From Leucoraja ocellata (taxonomy: Eukaryota), in the NCBI GenBank assembly GCA_036785375.1, contig JAWMAR010000788.1, forward strand, positions 124,001-188,000: a DNA stretch of 64,000 nt, read 5' to 3'. The position numbers and the translations under genes are program-made. The notes under the pieces are model-generated. The model had not been told where the DNA came from. It saw nothing but the letters and a program-made list of their open reading frames with translations, and made no database searches. Below are positions 14,739 through 28,699 of this stretch, piece by piece (position 1 is the stretch's first letter; the number at the start of each line of letters is the position of its first letter).

Positions 14739-15824
14739 AGCAGGCCAGGCAGCATCTATGGCCTAAATGGACAGGACACATTTGGGTTGGGCCCTGTCCA
14801 ATTTGGCCAAAGCAGAGTTTACCTTCAGCAGTCCAACACATTAGTGCACAGTGGCATTAAAACTAATAAGAACTGTGGCTGGAAAATACAGATAACAAAA
14901 TTAATATTTATCAAAGCTAGTCAGAATTAGTCATTGCAAATCCCTCAAGGCTTTTAAGTATTTAATGAAACAAATATTACTTTCTGTTATAATAAGAAAG
15001 CACTCCCTCAGATAATTAATGATACCTCTCAGAAAACGACACATTTTTTAAGTCTCTTTCAGAATCAAATGCCCGAGGTCAGTTGTTAAGAACATTTTGG
15101 GTATGGCATTTCACTCAGGATGGATTCTTGCTTGCACTCAGCTGTGACTAAATGAGTGCACAACAGAGCCTGAAAGGTCTACTGACCAAGCTGTGGTGTG
15201 GAACTGCATTCCAATGACAGGCCCCTGGCATTTCGAACTTGAGATTCAAGTTATGCAGGAAAATGATCTAAGACCGATGGGCAATTACAGCGATGGTCAT
15301 GGCTCTGGGAGACCTGTTTGCTTAAAAAATATAGTATCAATCGATGGTGATCAAAGTGGAAGAAAGCAGAAATTGTACTGTGGCACATAGAAAATTTCAG
15401 CAAGACGCAGGAATAACTCAGTTATTGGAACAACATCAACCGCGATGTTGTTTTCATACATGAATGGCCACTAGACATGCCGTTTCCTTCATTTGTCTTA
15501 TTTAAATGTTTCCCAGTCTATTTCTCAGTGATTAAACTCATGACCTTAACTAAAGAATGTTCCAATCCCAACCTGAAGTGTTCCCAGTACATGATGTTTA
15601 AAATCACAGCCAGGTGAAGTCACGTTTTGCAATGAAATTCCTTCCCGATGTTGGTGAATTCGCCTCATAGTGGGAAGCCTGTGCTAGGTTTCTTTTCCAA
15701 ATGTTGTCTTATAATTCACTGCTGACCAGCAAGACAAAGGGACTGTGATATCATGAAGGAGATGTCTACCAGCAGGCTCAATTCTGGTGCACCAGCAAGA
15801 GATGGGACTCGAGAATGGGACTCG

Positions 15825-16097
15825 GGTGGCATGGTGGCACAGCAGTAGAGTTACTGCCCTATAGGTTCAATCCTGATTACAACGGGTGCTGTCCACACGG
15901 AGTTTGTACATTCTCCCCGTGACTGCATGGGTTTTCTCACGGTTTCCTCCCACACTCCAAAGACATATAGATTGATTGGGCAATTGGCTGTAGTAAAATT
16001 GTCCTGAGTGTGTAGCATTATATTAGTGTACGGAGTGATTGCTGGTCGGTGCAGACTCGATGGGCCGAAAGGCCTGTTTCTCTAAAGTCTAAAGTCA
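15825..16097 (+). mobile_element. HE1-like V-SINE
   Basis: Head, V core and CTAAAG tail. Confidence 0.78.
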
Positions 16098-16698
16098 AAT
16101 CTAATGAATTCTTACACCTGATAATGATCTAGTATCCTAGAAGGTCTGCAGATATGCACATCGGGGTAAAAATCCAACCTTGGTTGGATGTGCCCGAATA
16201 GACTTTCCATGTGGAACTCTTTTTCTAAAACTCACTTCTGTTGCTGCAGTGGAATTTAAGAAGTGGAATTCAATGCACACACATCAGCATATTCCTTGTA
16301 TAAGTGTTCATCTGTAATGCTCCTGACTTTGGAATCAGGCTATTAAACTCGCCATCAAACAAACTCTGAACTATAACAGCCTATTGCACTTTATCTGTTT
16401 ATTTATGTGTATATATATGGTCTATGTGCTATATAGACACACTGAAATGTTCAGTATTTATGCTTACTATATTCTGTTGTGCTGCAGCAAGCAAGAATTT
16501 CATTGTCCTATCTGGGACACATGGCAATAAACTCTCTTGACTTGACTTGACTTAAGTGAAGTAATATCACTGGGAGCAGAATTTTGAAGAACTTTCCTAT
16601 GTCCAACAATGCTACCCAACCGTACAAATATTTGATGTCATTCCTTGGCCAGAAATGAAGCCATTTCCCATGAACATGTAAAACAATCTTCGATATGT

Positions 16699-16975
16699 GG
16701 CAGCACAGTGGCCAGAGTGGCCAGAGAACTGGGTTCAATCCTGACCTCAGGTGCTGTCTGTGTGGAGTTTGGACATTCTGCCTGTGACAGAGTGGGTGGA
16801 AACCCACACCCCAAAGACTTGCGAGTTTGTAGATTAATTAGCCTCTGTAAACTGTCCCCATGTGTGTAGAGAGTGAATGAAAAAAATGGGATAACATAGA
16901 ACTAGTGTGAATTGGTGATTCATAATCAGTATGAACATGGTGGGCCAAAGTACCCGTTTCCATTCTATATCTTTC
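16699..16975 (+). mobile_element. HE1-like V-SINE
   Basis: B box GGTTCAATCC, V core, tail. Confidence 0.72.
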
Positions 16976-19098
16976 AGTGATTCAATGGGTATGGAGTCTT
17001 GTGGACATATAGTGGGTGAGGGTGTTGACATTAGGAGTACAGTAGGAGGTTCATGAGCCAGCTCGCAGGCAATGTGATTAGAATTTCATTGTCCTGTCAG
17101 TTTGTGCAGGTGCTCGCTATGGGAAGAAAAAGTTAATTCCTGAAACTCTCAATAAAGATAAAACGAATAATTGCTAAATCTGAAAGATTGAGATTAAAAA
17201 AAGCAGAGCACTATGGAAATACACCGCAGGTCAGTCGGTGTCTTAAACGTTTTTCTTTTAAGTGCTGAGCCATCTATTCTATTTTAAATGCTCGTGGTCT
17301 TACCATATATTTGCAATAAATTCAAAAAGAACAGGAGAAGGGGAAAAAAAAACCTATGCAATTCCTGTAAATATTGTTAATGTTTTAGCCACTGTTTTTG
17401 TTGTACTTTGGATGCTAATTCTTCTGCAAAGCAGCCCTAGGCAGATACAATGTGTAATACTTACGAGCTGTTCTCATTACAATTGTTCCCATTACACATT
17501 GCACATAGGAATGACCAACATCCTTGTCCATTACGCTTCAGATCATTATTTATGTACATATTAGTCTCAATGCCAGAAATAACAACAGTCATATCAGACT
17601 TAAAATTTCCAATCCTTATTTGGGAATATCAAGTGAAAGAATTTTTCCTTCCTGACCCTAAAAAAGTTTCCCGTGACATCATTAGCTCCAGTACACAAGT
17701 AACTGCGTGTCTGAGTTGACAGTGGTGCAAACCGGTTTGATAGTGTGGTTGTTTACGGACTTTCATTGTGGTTTCATGTGAGAGACTCATACGTTCAGAG
17801 GTATTGGTCACTCTTCCATATCAAGCACCTACAAAAACTGACAGGACAAACAGATTCCAACCACTTGCGAACATTTCTGGTGAGCTGGCTATAAAATGGC
17901 ACAATAACCTCCTAATGTACGCAGAGATAGATAGATTCTCGATTAGTACGGGTGTCAGGGGTTGTGGGGAGAAGGCAGGGGAATGGGGTTAGGGGGGAGA
18001 GATAGATAAGCCATGAGTGTATGGTGGAGTAGACTTGATGGGCCGATTGGCCTAATTCCGCTCCTATCACTTATGACCTTATGTACTCCTTAAACATTCG
18101 ACAATCAAACATGGGTACTGCCCAAATCAGACCCTAACTCTACAATAACTAATGAAAATTACAGTGGATGAAATTACTCCAGATTATTGAAGGCAGCAAA
18201 GCTTGCCTCAAGGAGAACATTAGAAACATCTCAATGTACAACTAGTAGAGCTGCCGCCTCAGAGGGCCAGAGATCCAGGTCACTTGCTCTCCACCTCCTC
18301 TCCCAGATAAATATAAATGAATAGTTTAACTGAATAAGATGCTCATCAACACACAAGGGTGTTGTGAAAGAAAAACTGACAGGTAGTGACTGGAAATTAG
18401 ATTAGAGAGAAAATGGTAATCAGATCTATAAAGGCTCCAGTGTACTAGATTCTCTGTTTTGCAATGCTGGTGGAACATTTGAATCATCATAATAGGATAA
18501 CACAAAACTTGTTCTTCCTGAAGGAGAACTTTGATATATTAAAAAAAACTACACATGAAGCCTTGGGAACGAGTTTAAATTCTCTGCGATTGGCCCATAT
18601 TCGATTTACAACAACATTAATAAATAGAGTGTTAAAAGAGTTTGTCACATCTATTTGAGAAGTTTATTGTTTGTTTTAAATTGCTATATTGAGCACTTTT
18701 TTGTTCCACTGTTAATCCCCTCCAGGTTAACTTGATGGTGCACTCTGTGCATTTACTGAACAGACGCACAAATAGCTTGTTCTGAGATTTCTCCCAATGC
18801 TGCTACGTGAGATCTATTGGTAAGGTGTAAAACTAATAAGCCCTGTGATTTAATTCCAGAGGAACTGCAGTGTAAAATGGGGAGGTCATGCTAAAACAAA
18901 ATTGAACCTTGATTAGACTAGACGTAGAACACAGATTTGAGTTGGAGAATTACAGCACAGACACAGACCCTTTAGCACATATTGTCCAAGCTGTTCTACA
19001 TGCACCCATCTCAACAGGTAGCAAGGATAAAGCCCAGGATGACAAAAATGCTGGAGAAACTCAACGGGTGAGGCAGCATCTATGGATCGAAGGAAATA

Positions 19099-19131
19099 GG
19101 CAACGTTTCAGGTCGAAACCCTTCTTCAGAC
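19099..19131 (-). ncRNA. Minimal hammerhead ribozyme motif in a Penelope-derived unit (unit about 19040-19131)
   Basis: Reverse complement reads GT-CTGAAGA-A-GGGT-TTCG-ACCT-GAAA-CG-TT-GCC. Confidence 0.6.
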
Positions 19132-21252
19132 CCTTCTTTGCCACCTTGTGATACAAAGAGTGGAACAAGAATTCTGTTGCCACAAAATCTATGGAGACAT
19201 CATAAGTAAACCTACTTCTGAACTGATATTAACTCCTGTCATTAAAAAGATATTATGTAGCATTTACAAAACTGGATAAAAAACCTCTGGGCAATTCATT
19301 TCACATGTCATGTTTTGTTTTGATGTACTGCGGAAAACAATTTATCATCAATGGATCCACCTGTTTAAAGTATGAGCCAAATCCAAAGTCCTAGCTTGGC
19401 GAATTGTTCAGGTGCTCCCAGTGTAATAAGAGTACATGGGCTGAGATCCCACTGCTCAGCAGAACAACAGGTGAAACGGGGAGCATTAAACGTGATGAGC
19501 TAATGTTGTAAAAACCTGCCATAATTCATCGCATGACGTCTTATGAAATTGACGCTCGAATTGGGACTTGTGAGGGGTGGGCAAATAGAGCCATAACAAG
19601 AAAAGCTGGAAATCTATAGAAAGTCACACTGCAGCTGAATTGATTAAGAAAAAGGAAAACAGTTTTAATATGTAGAGCAATAGGGGACGGGGAACAAAAG
19701 GGAAGATTTATTATAAGGTGGAAGGCAGGAAAAAATATCACAAAAAGGAAAATGTATCAAGGTAACAAAAGCTGAGGAGGAAATTGTACAATGATTATCT
19801 GAAGCATAAATGAGGATGATTACCAATAATTATCTGAGTCACATATGGTTATCGCAATGATTATCACAATGATTATCTGAATCACAAATAAGGATACTTG
19901 AGAAAGGCACTGGAAACTGTCAGCACCCATGGATCTATAAAATGAGCAATGGCACTGGTCACAATGGACAGCTAAAGTTCCTGTACAAAATTATTAATCC
20001 ACATAGAATTATTAATTTCCACATAACTCGTGGAAAACAGTGCCCCTGCGCGTTGAAAATTCTGCGCAGTTTGCTGCGAGGAGCAAAAGCATTGTGACGT
20101 CATCCAGCTCGCTTCAGCACATTAGATTTTTAAAAGATGTCAGATCGGTGAACAATTTTAGTAAATAGCTCGGGAAATAATGAATGATGATACTTTTACA
20201 ATCCAAAATATAACTTCACCAAGAATATTAAAGCATGGAACATAGAAAAATAAAAGCCACCACATGATCAGACCCTTTGGTCCATGCCGAACATGAGGCC
20301 GAGTTAAACTAATCTTCTCTGCCTGCGTGTGAGCAATATTTCTCCATTTCCTGCATATCCGTGCACCTTTTAACATTGCTAAAAGTCAAGATGCACCAAA
20401 TGCACAGAGAAAAATGAATAACTAACAGGGAGAAGCCAATCTGCAACTCAATCAAATGGTTCAGGTACTATTGCAATCACCATTTACCCTCACAAACCAT
20501 GGAAAATGTGACGCCTCAGCAGTTTGTAAACACCACCAAAAGCTTGAGAACATGCAGAAGTGGAGATGGTATCAGGATTTATTTATGATTCAGATTTGAA
20601 CTGCCTGATTGAAAAGCAATGAAACACAAGGCCAGTGTCTTCAGGAGTGTAGGTGTGGGAATGGGGGTCATATCCCATCAAACTGTCACATAGGAGGTAT
20701 TCACACGCCATTGAGATTGCAAACGGAAAGAATGCAAGTTCCCATAGGTTGCATCCCTTCAAGATTGTTGCTTCCAACAAATTTCACACACACTAAAAAG
20801 TTCATGCTTGCTAATGTTATGACATGCCCACTTTTCCTCAGAAACAGCAGGATCTATCTGATTGCATCAATTGCTTGTTTTCCAAACAAGTTAAATGTGA
20901 AAAGGAAAGGTAAATGCTTCTTTCCAATTCATCACAGTCCCACAATGTGCTTCAATGCTGACTACACTACTACGATAACAATGATTTTGCAGCCTTTTTC
21001 ATCAAGGCAAGATAGAGACACAGTGATCGGTTATTTTGTCTCAACATTCAGCTGTTATGCCACCTCTAGGTTGGAACATTGAAAATAAACACTGAGGTCC
21101 TTGCAGAAAGTGCATGCGAGAATAGGATCATAGTTGACCAGAGTTGTACAGTCTGCCAGTATTCATTGCTTAGTCTTCCATGATCAGAATGACTTCTCAG
21201 AGAAGTTACTAAAGGTTTTGCACCCCAACAACTATCAATACTTCCAACAGAG

Positions 21253-21270
21253 GGGGGGGGGGGGGGGGGG
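21253..21270 (+). repeat. Poly-G tract (G18)
   Basis: Uninterrupted G run. Confidence 0.9.
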
Positions 21271-22153
21271 TTGAAGGCAAATGATGAAGAGAAAGCAGTA
21301 CTTGTACTTCAGACCAACTCTGGACTACTTTTTTGAATGCACTTAATGGTGTTATAGCAGTTAGTGGCTGAGGCAGCAAAGGCCATGGAGAAGCAGTTGG
21401 AGAGCAGAGGTAGGAGATCCAGAAGTAGGGGTGATCTTCCACAGATAATTCAGCAGCAAATGCTGGAGCTACAACACGTATTGCACATTCTCCAACACAG
21501 GGAGAAAGTAGGATGGTGGAGTCATGGGATTCTACCCGCTACTAAACTGTATAGGAGCTCCAAGGGCTGCTGGTGTAAATTGCACCTAGTGTGTAGGTGT
21601 GTGGTAAATCTGGGGGGAAATTGCTGACAATATCGAGAGAATAAAAATTGGATTAGATTAGCGTAGGATTAGCATAAATAGATAGTTTAAGGGCAATGTG
21701 GATTCGATGGGCCAAATAACCTGTTTTGATGTTGTATCTCTCCCATTCTCTCATTCCATAACGTCAGCGGATCCTGCATATACTACCATGAAAACTGTGG
21801 CCAATCCACACCTAAATGCTAGACTTGCAAGTGTCTGCTTTATATTACAGAGAGTTCAAATTACGGTCTTGAGTAATCTGGTGTAAAGATGCATGCTGAA
21901 ACCAGACTTTCAGTCATGCTTCATCTGCACAGCACCAACTCTGTGCCTCTTTCAGCTGAAGCATATGTCAACAGATAAGCTGTGCTGCTATCAGCTCCTT
22001 CCAAATTTCCAACGCATACAGACCCATGAATTAAAGCAAAGGGGCATCGAACCTCTTTACTTGAGACTACTGTCCCAGGTTTGTAGTTACTTGTGGCTAT
22101 GCTGAACACCCTGTCCATCACACCTAGTTGTTCACTTACCTTATCTAAGCGAC

Positions 22154-22438
22154 TTTAGAGATAAAGTGTGGAAACATGCCATTCGTCCCACCGAGTTCAC
22201 GGCGACCAGCGATCACCTGCATATAGGTTCTATCTTACACGAGGGGCAATTTACAGAAGCCAATTAACCTACAAACCTGCACACTTTTGGAATGTGGGAG
22301 GAAATTGGAGCACTCCGAGAAGACCCACGTGGTCACAAGGAGAACGTGGAAACTCCGTGCGATCAGCACCTGATGTCAGGATCAAACTCGGGTCTCTGGC
22401 GCTGTAAGCGACCCCAATACTGTGCCACTGTGCCACCC
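22154..22438 (-). mobile_element. HE1-like V-SINE
   Basis: Reverse-complement tail, core and head. Confidence 0.78.
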
Positions 22439-22658
22439 GTTTCAATTAATTTATAATATAGTACTTCTGTCATAACATACATGAAAAATTATTTAAAATG
22501 GAAACAAACATCTGAAGCTACAGTCTGTGTTGGAATATTCAGGTGAGAATATATTGCCCCATTTATTAGATAGACCCCTGCAAACTACATTGTTGATTGA
22601 TCTCAATATAATGCACTCAATTTTGAACTCACAAAAATTACACCAAGAATCAAATTCT

Positions 22659-22977
22659 GTTTAGGTTAGAGATTTAGTTTAGAGATACAGCACGGAAACA
22701 GGCAATTCAGCCCACCGTGTTCATGCCAGCCATCAATCACCTGCTCTATCTAGTTCTACGTTTCCCATTTTTGCATCCACTCCCTATGCACTAGGGGCAA
22801 TTTACAGAGGCCCTACAAGCCTGCACATTTTGGGATGTGGGAGGAAACTATAGTACCCGGGGGAAACTACACAATATTAGGGAGAACGTGCAAACTCCAC
22901 ACCGACAGCATCCAAGGTCGGAATTGAACCTAGGTCTCTGGTTTTGTGAGGCCGCAGCTCCATCAGCTGTGCCACCC
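22659..22977 (-). mobile_element. HE1-like V-SINE (apparent source of the inverted copy at 23740-23956)
   Basis: (TTTAG)n tail at the left end, reverse-complement core and head. Confidence 0.8.
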
Positions 22978-25005
22978 TCATCAAAAAGTATTGATAGTCG
23001 TGCATCATGAACTATCTATCGAAACAAAGATATAAAATGCTTATTTTTAAAATGCACTAGTTGGGCCACAAAGTGAAGCATTTATCAGGACAAGCCACAG
23101 CTGTCTGACTTCAGCAGCTTTTACAAGGGTTAAAAATACCAATGGCTCCTGATGACTCCGTTGACACTCACTCTACGCAAAGTGACAGGCTGAGTGGGTT
23201 AGAGAAGTGAACTCTTTGACATTTGCAGCAGAGGTCAGGTGCAGTGATATTAGAGTTTGCGCTGACAGTTCCATCAGAAACGATGCTTTGTGGTCATGCA
23301 CCAGGTCTGGAACAACTCCAGCGTCACCTTAAACCACATTCAGAACTTTTGTGAAGCCAATTTACCAAATTCCTCCACATCACAAACACAATAGAATGAA
23401 GTAGCTTTCTTCCTGCACCACCATAGGTCCCTCCTGGAGCTTTCTCCCATCATTTTTCTCCCATGTTATTTGCATATCTACAGTGTTTTTTTACAGCTCT
23501 CTCTTTTCCTGTGATATTAAATGTCCACTGGCCAGGGATTTACCCTCTCCCCTCCCACCCCAACTACCAACCGACTGAATAACCTCCCTTGCCCCCACTA
23601 CCAATCCCAACCAAATCAATGATCCTCCCCAACCACTTTTCCCAACATGGGTTAGAAAGAACTGCAGATGCTGGTTTAAATCGAAGGTGGACACAAAATG
23701 CTGGAGTAATACAGCTGGACAGGCAGCATCTCTTCTGTACAAAATATGCATGTTAGTAGGGCCTCTGTAAATTGCCCCTAGTGCATAGGTAGCAGATGCA
23801 CAAATGGGGAAACATAGAACTACAGTGAGCTGAATTGCCTGTTTCCGTGCTGTATCTCTGAACTAAATCTCTAAACTAAACAGAATTTGATTCTTGGTGT
23901 AATTTTGGGAGTTCAAAATTGAGTGCATTATATTGAAATCAATCAGCAATGTAGTTAAAGTGCTGAGCAACCGGGAGATCAGGTAAGTTAAGGCGGACTC
24001 TCCAGAGTTAAGTTAAGGCATAGATCTCTCCAGAAAACCTCTCCTACTTTTTCCTCTTTCAATGGTCATTCTCAGTGGAATTGAGAAATCCCAATAATCC
24101 GCTGTGGTGAAATTTCACTGCCCGCAAGAAGTAATTCAAGGTTAATAAATAGAGTGCTTTCTGGGAAGGTCTCCTTCCTTTTAAACAGGCATTCATTCTA
24201 ATAGCAGTGCTTTGTGCTGATGTAATTTGTATTTAGGTCCAAGAACGAATAACCCAATGAACTCACATTGTTTTCCAGGCCGTTAGTGACAAAAGCCAGT
24301 TCGGAGTAGAGGTGAATTTATTTATTGGCTATGTGATTATCAAGAGATTCATACTGATTTCTGTTACGTATACGCAGATTGGTCAGGACCACATAACTTT
24401 GCGATGCAATGTCAAATTAAAATGGGTATATGTTCTAAGGTGGAAACCAAGGGCAGTGACCCAGTCTAATGTCAACTGACAAACAGGCAAATGGTCTTCA
24501 TAAAGGTGATTGGTTTTGACAGCTCAGGCTGTGCTCTTGTTTATTTTCGGTGGGGTAGGAGGTGGTGGCTTGTATTCATTCTGTCTCAGACAATAAGCAG
24601 AAGTTGGAAAATGCAAGGGTGTTGACACGGCGCAACGCTGCAAAAGAGCTGCCCTCAGAGGCGGTGATTGTACTGCTTCACACAGCAGCATGGCTGTCTT
24701 GGATGGGAACCAGGTCAGTGAGCTTGAGCACTGTCACACGGACCTTATTAAGATAATAAATGGGTCAGTTTCCAGAAGCCAGTCTGGAAGAACTTGCCAA
24801 ATGGTGAGGAAGCACACTGCATCAATTGTTTAACTATGCCACCCTGCTGCCCATAGTACATCAGTCCCCTCATCCCCTCATCACCATCCTATGCCAACCA
24901 GTTATCATTTTTTGCTCATGAATACAAGTTATTTGGAGCATCGTGTTTAGCTACCAATGTGTCCCCATGGAAACAAATTTGCACATGAGAGACGGTTCCA
25001 GTATC

Positions 25006-25231
25006 AGCCCCTGTCCCACTTAGGAAACCTGAACGGAAACCTCTGGAGACTTTGCGCCCCACCTAAGGTTTCCGTGTGGTTCCCGGAGGTTTTAGTCAGT
25101 CTCCCTACCTGCTTCCACTACCTGCAACCTCCGGCAACCACCTGCAACCTCCGGGAACCGCACGGAAACCTTGGGTGGGGCACAAAGTCTCCAGAGGTTT
25201 CCGTTCAGGTTTCCTAAGTGGGACAGGGTCA
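25006..25231. mobile_element. Harbinger-like MITE, 226 bp, long TIRs (copy 1)
   Basis: About 85-bp terminal inverted repeats starting GCCCCTGTCCCACTT; TAA at the right flank; near-identical reverse-complement copy at 50998-51223. Confidence 0.85.
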
Positions 25232-25460
25232 TAACTATCTGGAGAGAAAGAAGAACTGAGTGACTTTTCCTGCCAGCTCTGAGGTTGTAAGGTGGCCAGG
25301 CCATGTAGCTTTTACCTTAAGAGAATCTTCCAAGGTTCAGCTCAAACAATGAGAATGTTGTTTATGTTTTTATCTTTTGAAAGTTCTCCAGCCACACCAC
25401 ATTCTTGCAAATAATTCCATGGCCTTTGATGTCTTCCTGCCTGTGAGCTTAAGTATTCAA

Positions 25461-25759
25461 TTTAGCTTAGTTTAGTTTAGAGATACAGCACGGAAGTAGG
25501 ATCTCCAGCCACCGAATTAGTGCCGACCAGCGATCTGCGCACGCTAACACTATCCTAGGGATAATTTTGTAATTTTGCCAAGCCAATTAACCAACGAACC
25601 TGTACGTCTTTGGAATGTGGGAGGAAACTGGAGCTCCCGGAGAAAACCCACACAGGTCATGAGGAGACAGTACAAACTCCATACAGACATATACAGACAT
25701 ACAGTCAGGATCGTAGTCTCTAGTGCTGCAAGGCAGCAACTCTACCATTGTGCCGCCCT
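25461..25759 (-). mobile_element. HE1-like V-SINE
   Basis: (TTTAG)n tail and reverse-complement V core. Confidence 0.78.
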
Positions 25760-26994
25760 TTGAATCATAGCTAGAACTAATCTTATTTGCATTTAGCACA
25801 TACATTTCAAAGAGGTACAGTTTAAATAAATGACCACCAACGAGCAAGTCTGTGGCAGAGATAGCTAGATTCTTGATTAGTGCAGGTGTCAGAGGTTATG
25901 GGGAGAAGGTAGGAGAATGGGGTTAAGAGGAAAATGTAGATCAGCCATGATTGATTGTTGAGGCTAGACTTGATAGGCCAAATGGCCCAATTCTGTTCCT
26001 ATCACTTATGACCATTAACAATCCCCTGATATCCTGCAAAACTATCAGGAGACACGGAGCATGACACAGAATTTCTTCCCTCTTGCTGACAAAACAGACA
26101 GCTTTTCCTTTTACGTGCAAGGGCAAGCAATGTGCTTGCCAACTGCTCTATATCGTGGGATGTCACAAGTGATTCTGTCCTAAGTCCACGATGAAAAACG
26201 TGCACATTTCAGCATGCATCCTGAGATAGAGATCAGGAGCAGGAGTCATGGTTTAAATTCCCTTCCCCAGGACAGGGATAAAAGGCTAATTGTATCCAGA
26301 ATCACCCAAATTAAATCAGTAACTCAGTCTAGGCTGGGAATTAAACCTGGGATGTAATCTGCAATGCTGATAGAATCTATAATGTCCTTGAGACTCTTGA
26401 AAAGCACCCATAAATAAAATTTATTATTATTATTATTATTGGTGGCATCTTACTATTAATGAATGAGTGAATTTCAGCTGAAAGAAATCATTATTTTTGA
26501 GCACTGCTTAAAGAAACCAGCTGATAGCTTCATCTGCTTGTAAGGCAACAGCAATTTTACCCACGGTTCCACTTTAGTTAATACCAGCTGTTCATAAAGA
26601 CACAATTTGAGTTGCAAAAATTTCCCATATTTTAGCACTCTTCTATCTTGGCTTCCAATGATGCTAATCATATACAACCCCCAAACTGTGATTTTGTTGC
26701 GATTTAAAAAAACGTTGATCTGAATTACAGGCGATGCTATTGACTTCTGGAAGATCTAGGTTTTAACAATTTTGGAGACCATTCGGAGAATGTTGCGTTG
26801 CTCTCTGCTAAATACATCTCGAGTTCACCAAACAAAATTGGGAGCTCTAGGCCACACCCGAGGTCATTTCAATGGGTTCTTCCTCAAAATTGTGGCCAGC
26901 AATGCCAGAAGAAATTGGGCATAAAATGAGTCCACATTCATCAAGTTTTAAAGAAAACAAGAGAGAGAGACTTCTGGCAAGAGGTAGCATCAAA

Positions 26995-27279
26995 AGGCAG
27001 CACAATGACAGAGCTGCTGCCTCACAGCACCAGGGGCCCATGTTCAATTCTGACCTTGGGTGCTGTCTGTCTGGAGTTTTCACAATCTCCCTGTGGCCAC
27101 ATGGGTTTTCTCCGGGTGCTCCAGTTTTATCCCACAACTCCAAGACATTCAGGTTTGGCCGTTAATTGGCCTCCGAAAATTGTTCCTAGGGTGTAGGAGT
27201 TGGATGTAAAAGTGGGATCTATAGAACTAGAACTAGTATGAATGGGTTTCCATGCTGTATCTCTAAACTAAACTGAAAC
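26995..27279 (+). mobile_element. HE1-like V-SINE
   Basis: Head, V core and CTAAA tail. Confidence 0.75.
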
Positions 27280-28485
27280 TTTCTTCACCTGACCTCAGAT
27301 AGTAGCTGTCAGGGAGACACACTACAACCTAGCCAGCGATCGTTCACCTAGAGCTTTTTGAAGATAAGAAGGCAGCTTTTTGGAGCAAAGAGCACATGGC
27401 AGATGAATGGCATGCCACTGAAGTATGTATAACAATACGAGCACTTCAGCCTAAGATCACATTCAAACACTGTGGACTTAGACAGCACAGTTTTATTTGC
27501 TTTCTACAACAGAGATATGTCAAATATGGCAAAAATAATCAAAGGTTTGGAGCAAAATTCTAACAAGGCACTCCTAAATTTGGCAATAGTGTAGGCACAT
27601 GTTTATTCCCTTTAGCACAGAAAACAGGTAGCATAGTGGCACAGTTAGTAGAGCTGCTGCCTCACAGCACCAGAGACCCAGGCTCGATGTTGACCTTGGG
27701 TGCTGTCGCGTAGAGTTTGCATGTTCTCCCTGTAACTTCCTGGTGTTCCTCTGGGTGCTCTGTTTTCCCCCCACATCCCAATGTGATTTATAGGTTAATT
27801 GGCTGCTCCCCCTCTTCTCATTACGCCACCTATCTTTCCTCACCACTCTCATGGAGTAGGGTCTCGGTCTAAAACGTCAGCAATATGGCAGTGGTGTGTC
27901 AGCTACATGGTGTGAAGAGCTAACAAGAAGTGGAGATATGGAACCCCATGTTAATGTGAAGTAAATGCCAGACTTCTTTTAACTAGTATTGGCAACACAC
28001 TTTGGAACACAAGATGATTTTTTTTTGATTTTTTTTATTAGAAGTACATTAAGTTGCAGTAATACACACCACATATATCTCATTACATTTGTTGTACCCC
28101 TTCATTTTTGAACTTTAAAATAGAAATAAAAGAAGTAAGGAAAGTGAGGAACACAAGATGATAATGCCACTAAGATTAATTTAGTAATCTTCCTAGTTAG
28201 ACTATTATGGAGTTTCATCACCCTCCCCAAGAGGGAATTCCTACTGAACCAACGGTTTGCCTTCCAATGGAAGACACAAGACCCTGACTGGACTGATCAT
28301 TAACAACCTGGACACCATACAGAATTTAGTTAATAAATAATGAAGTGTTTTCAGACCATGTTCTTTTGACAGTGCTCAGTCAGATAAAACTGACTGGAAA
28401 CATTAAAACGGTGCAAGAATGTTGAAGAATCACTCACCCTTATCATCGTGCAGAAGAAACTACCCACTTCTGAGACAGGCCTGTG

Positions 28486-28499
28486 GCTCCATCTGGTGG
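28486..28499 (-). promoter_or_regulatory. Putative CTCF site
   Basis: Reverse complement CCACCAGATGGAGC, close to CCASYAGRKGGCRS. Confidence 0.45.
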
Positions 28500-28699
28500 T
28501 ATGATTAAAAAATACAATTAAATGTAATTAATTTTGAACACACATGGGCAGCCTTAAATTTATTTTTTTGCTTTCCTAAGCGACAAGGGCTGAATGACAA
28601 GGTTACAACAAGCTTAGAAGGAGTAGTGAGATAAATTAGCACGATGACTTATTCTATAACTTTGAATAATATGACTAAGAAATCAACACAAGTAGCTTA

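Noticed and set aside
20609-21082. 157-aa ORF on the + strand
   Set aside because: Non-ATG start, no homology recognised; consistent with a chance ORF.
24957-25304. Repeated peptide PLSHLGNLNGNLWRLCAPPKVSV on both strands (also near 51000)
   Set aside because: Artefact of translating MITE inverted repeats.
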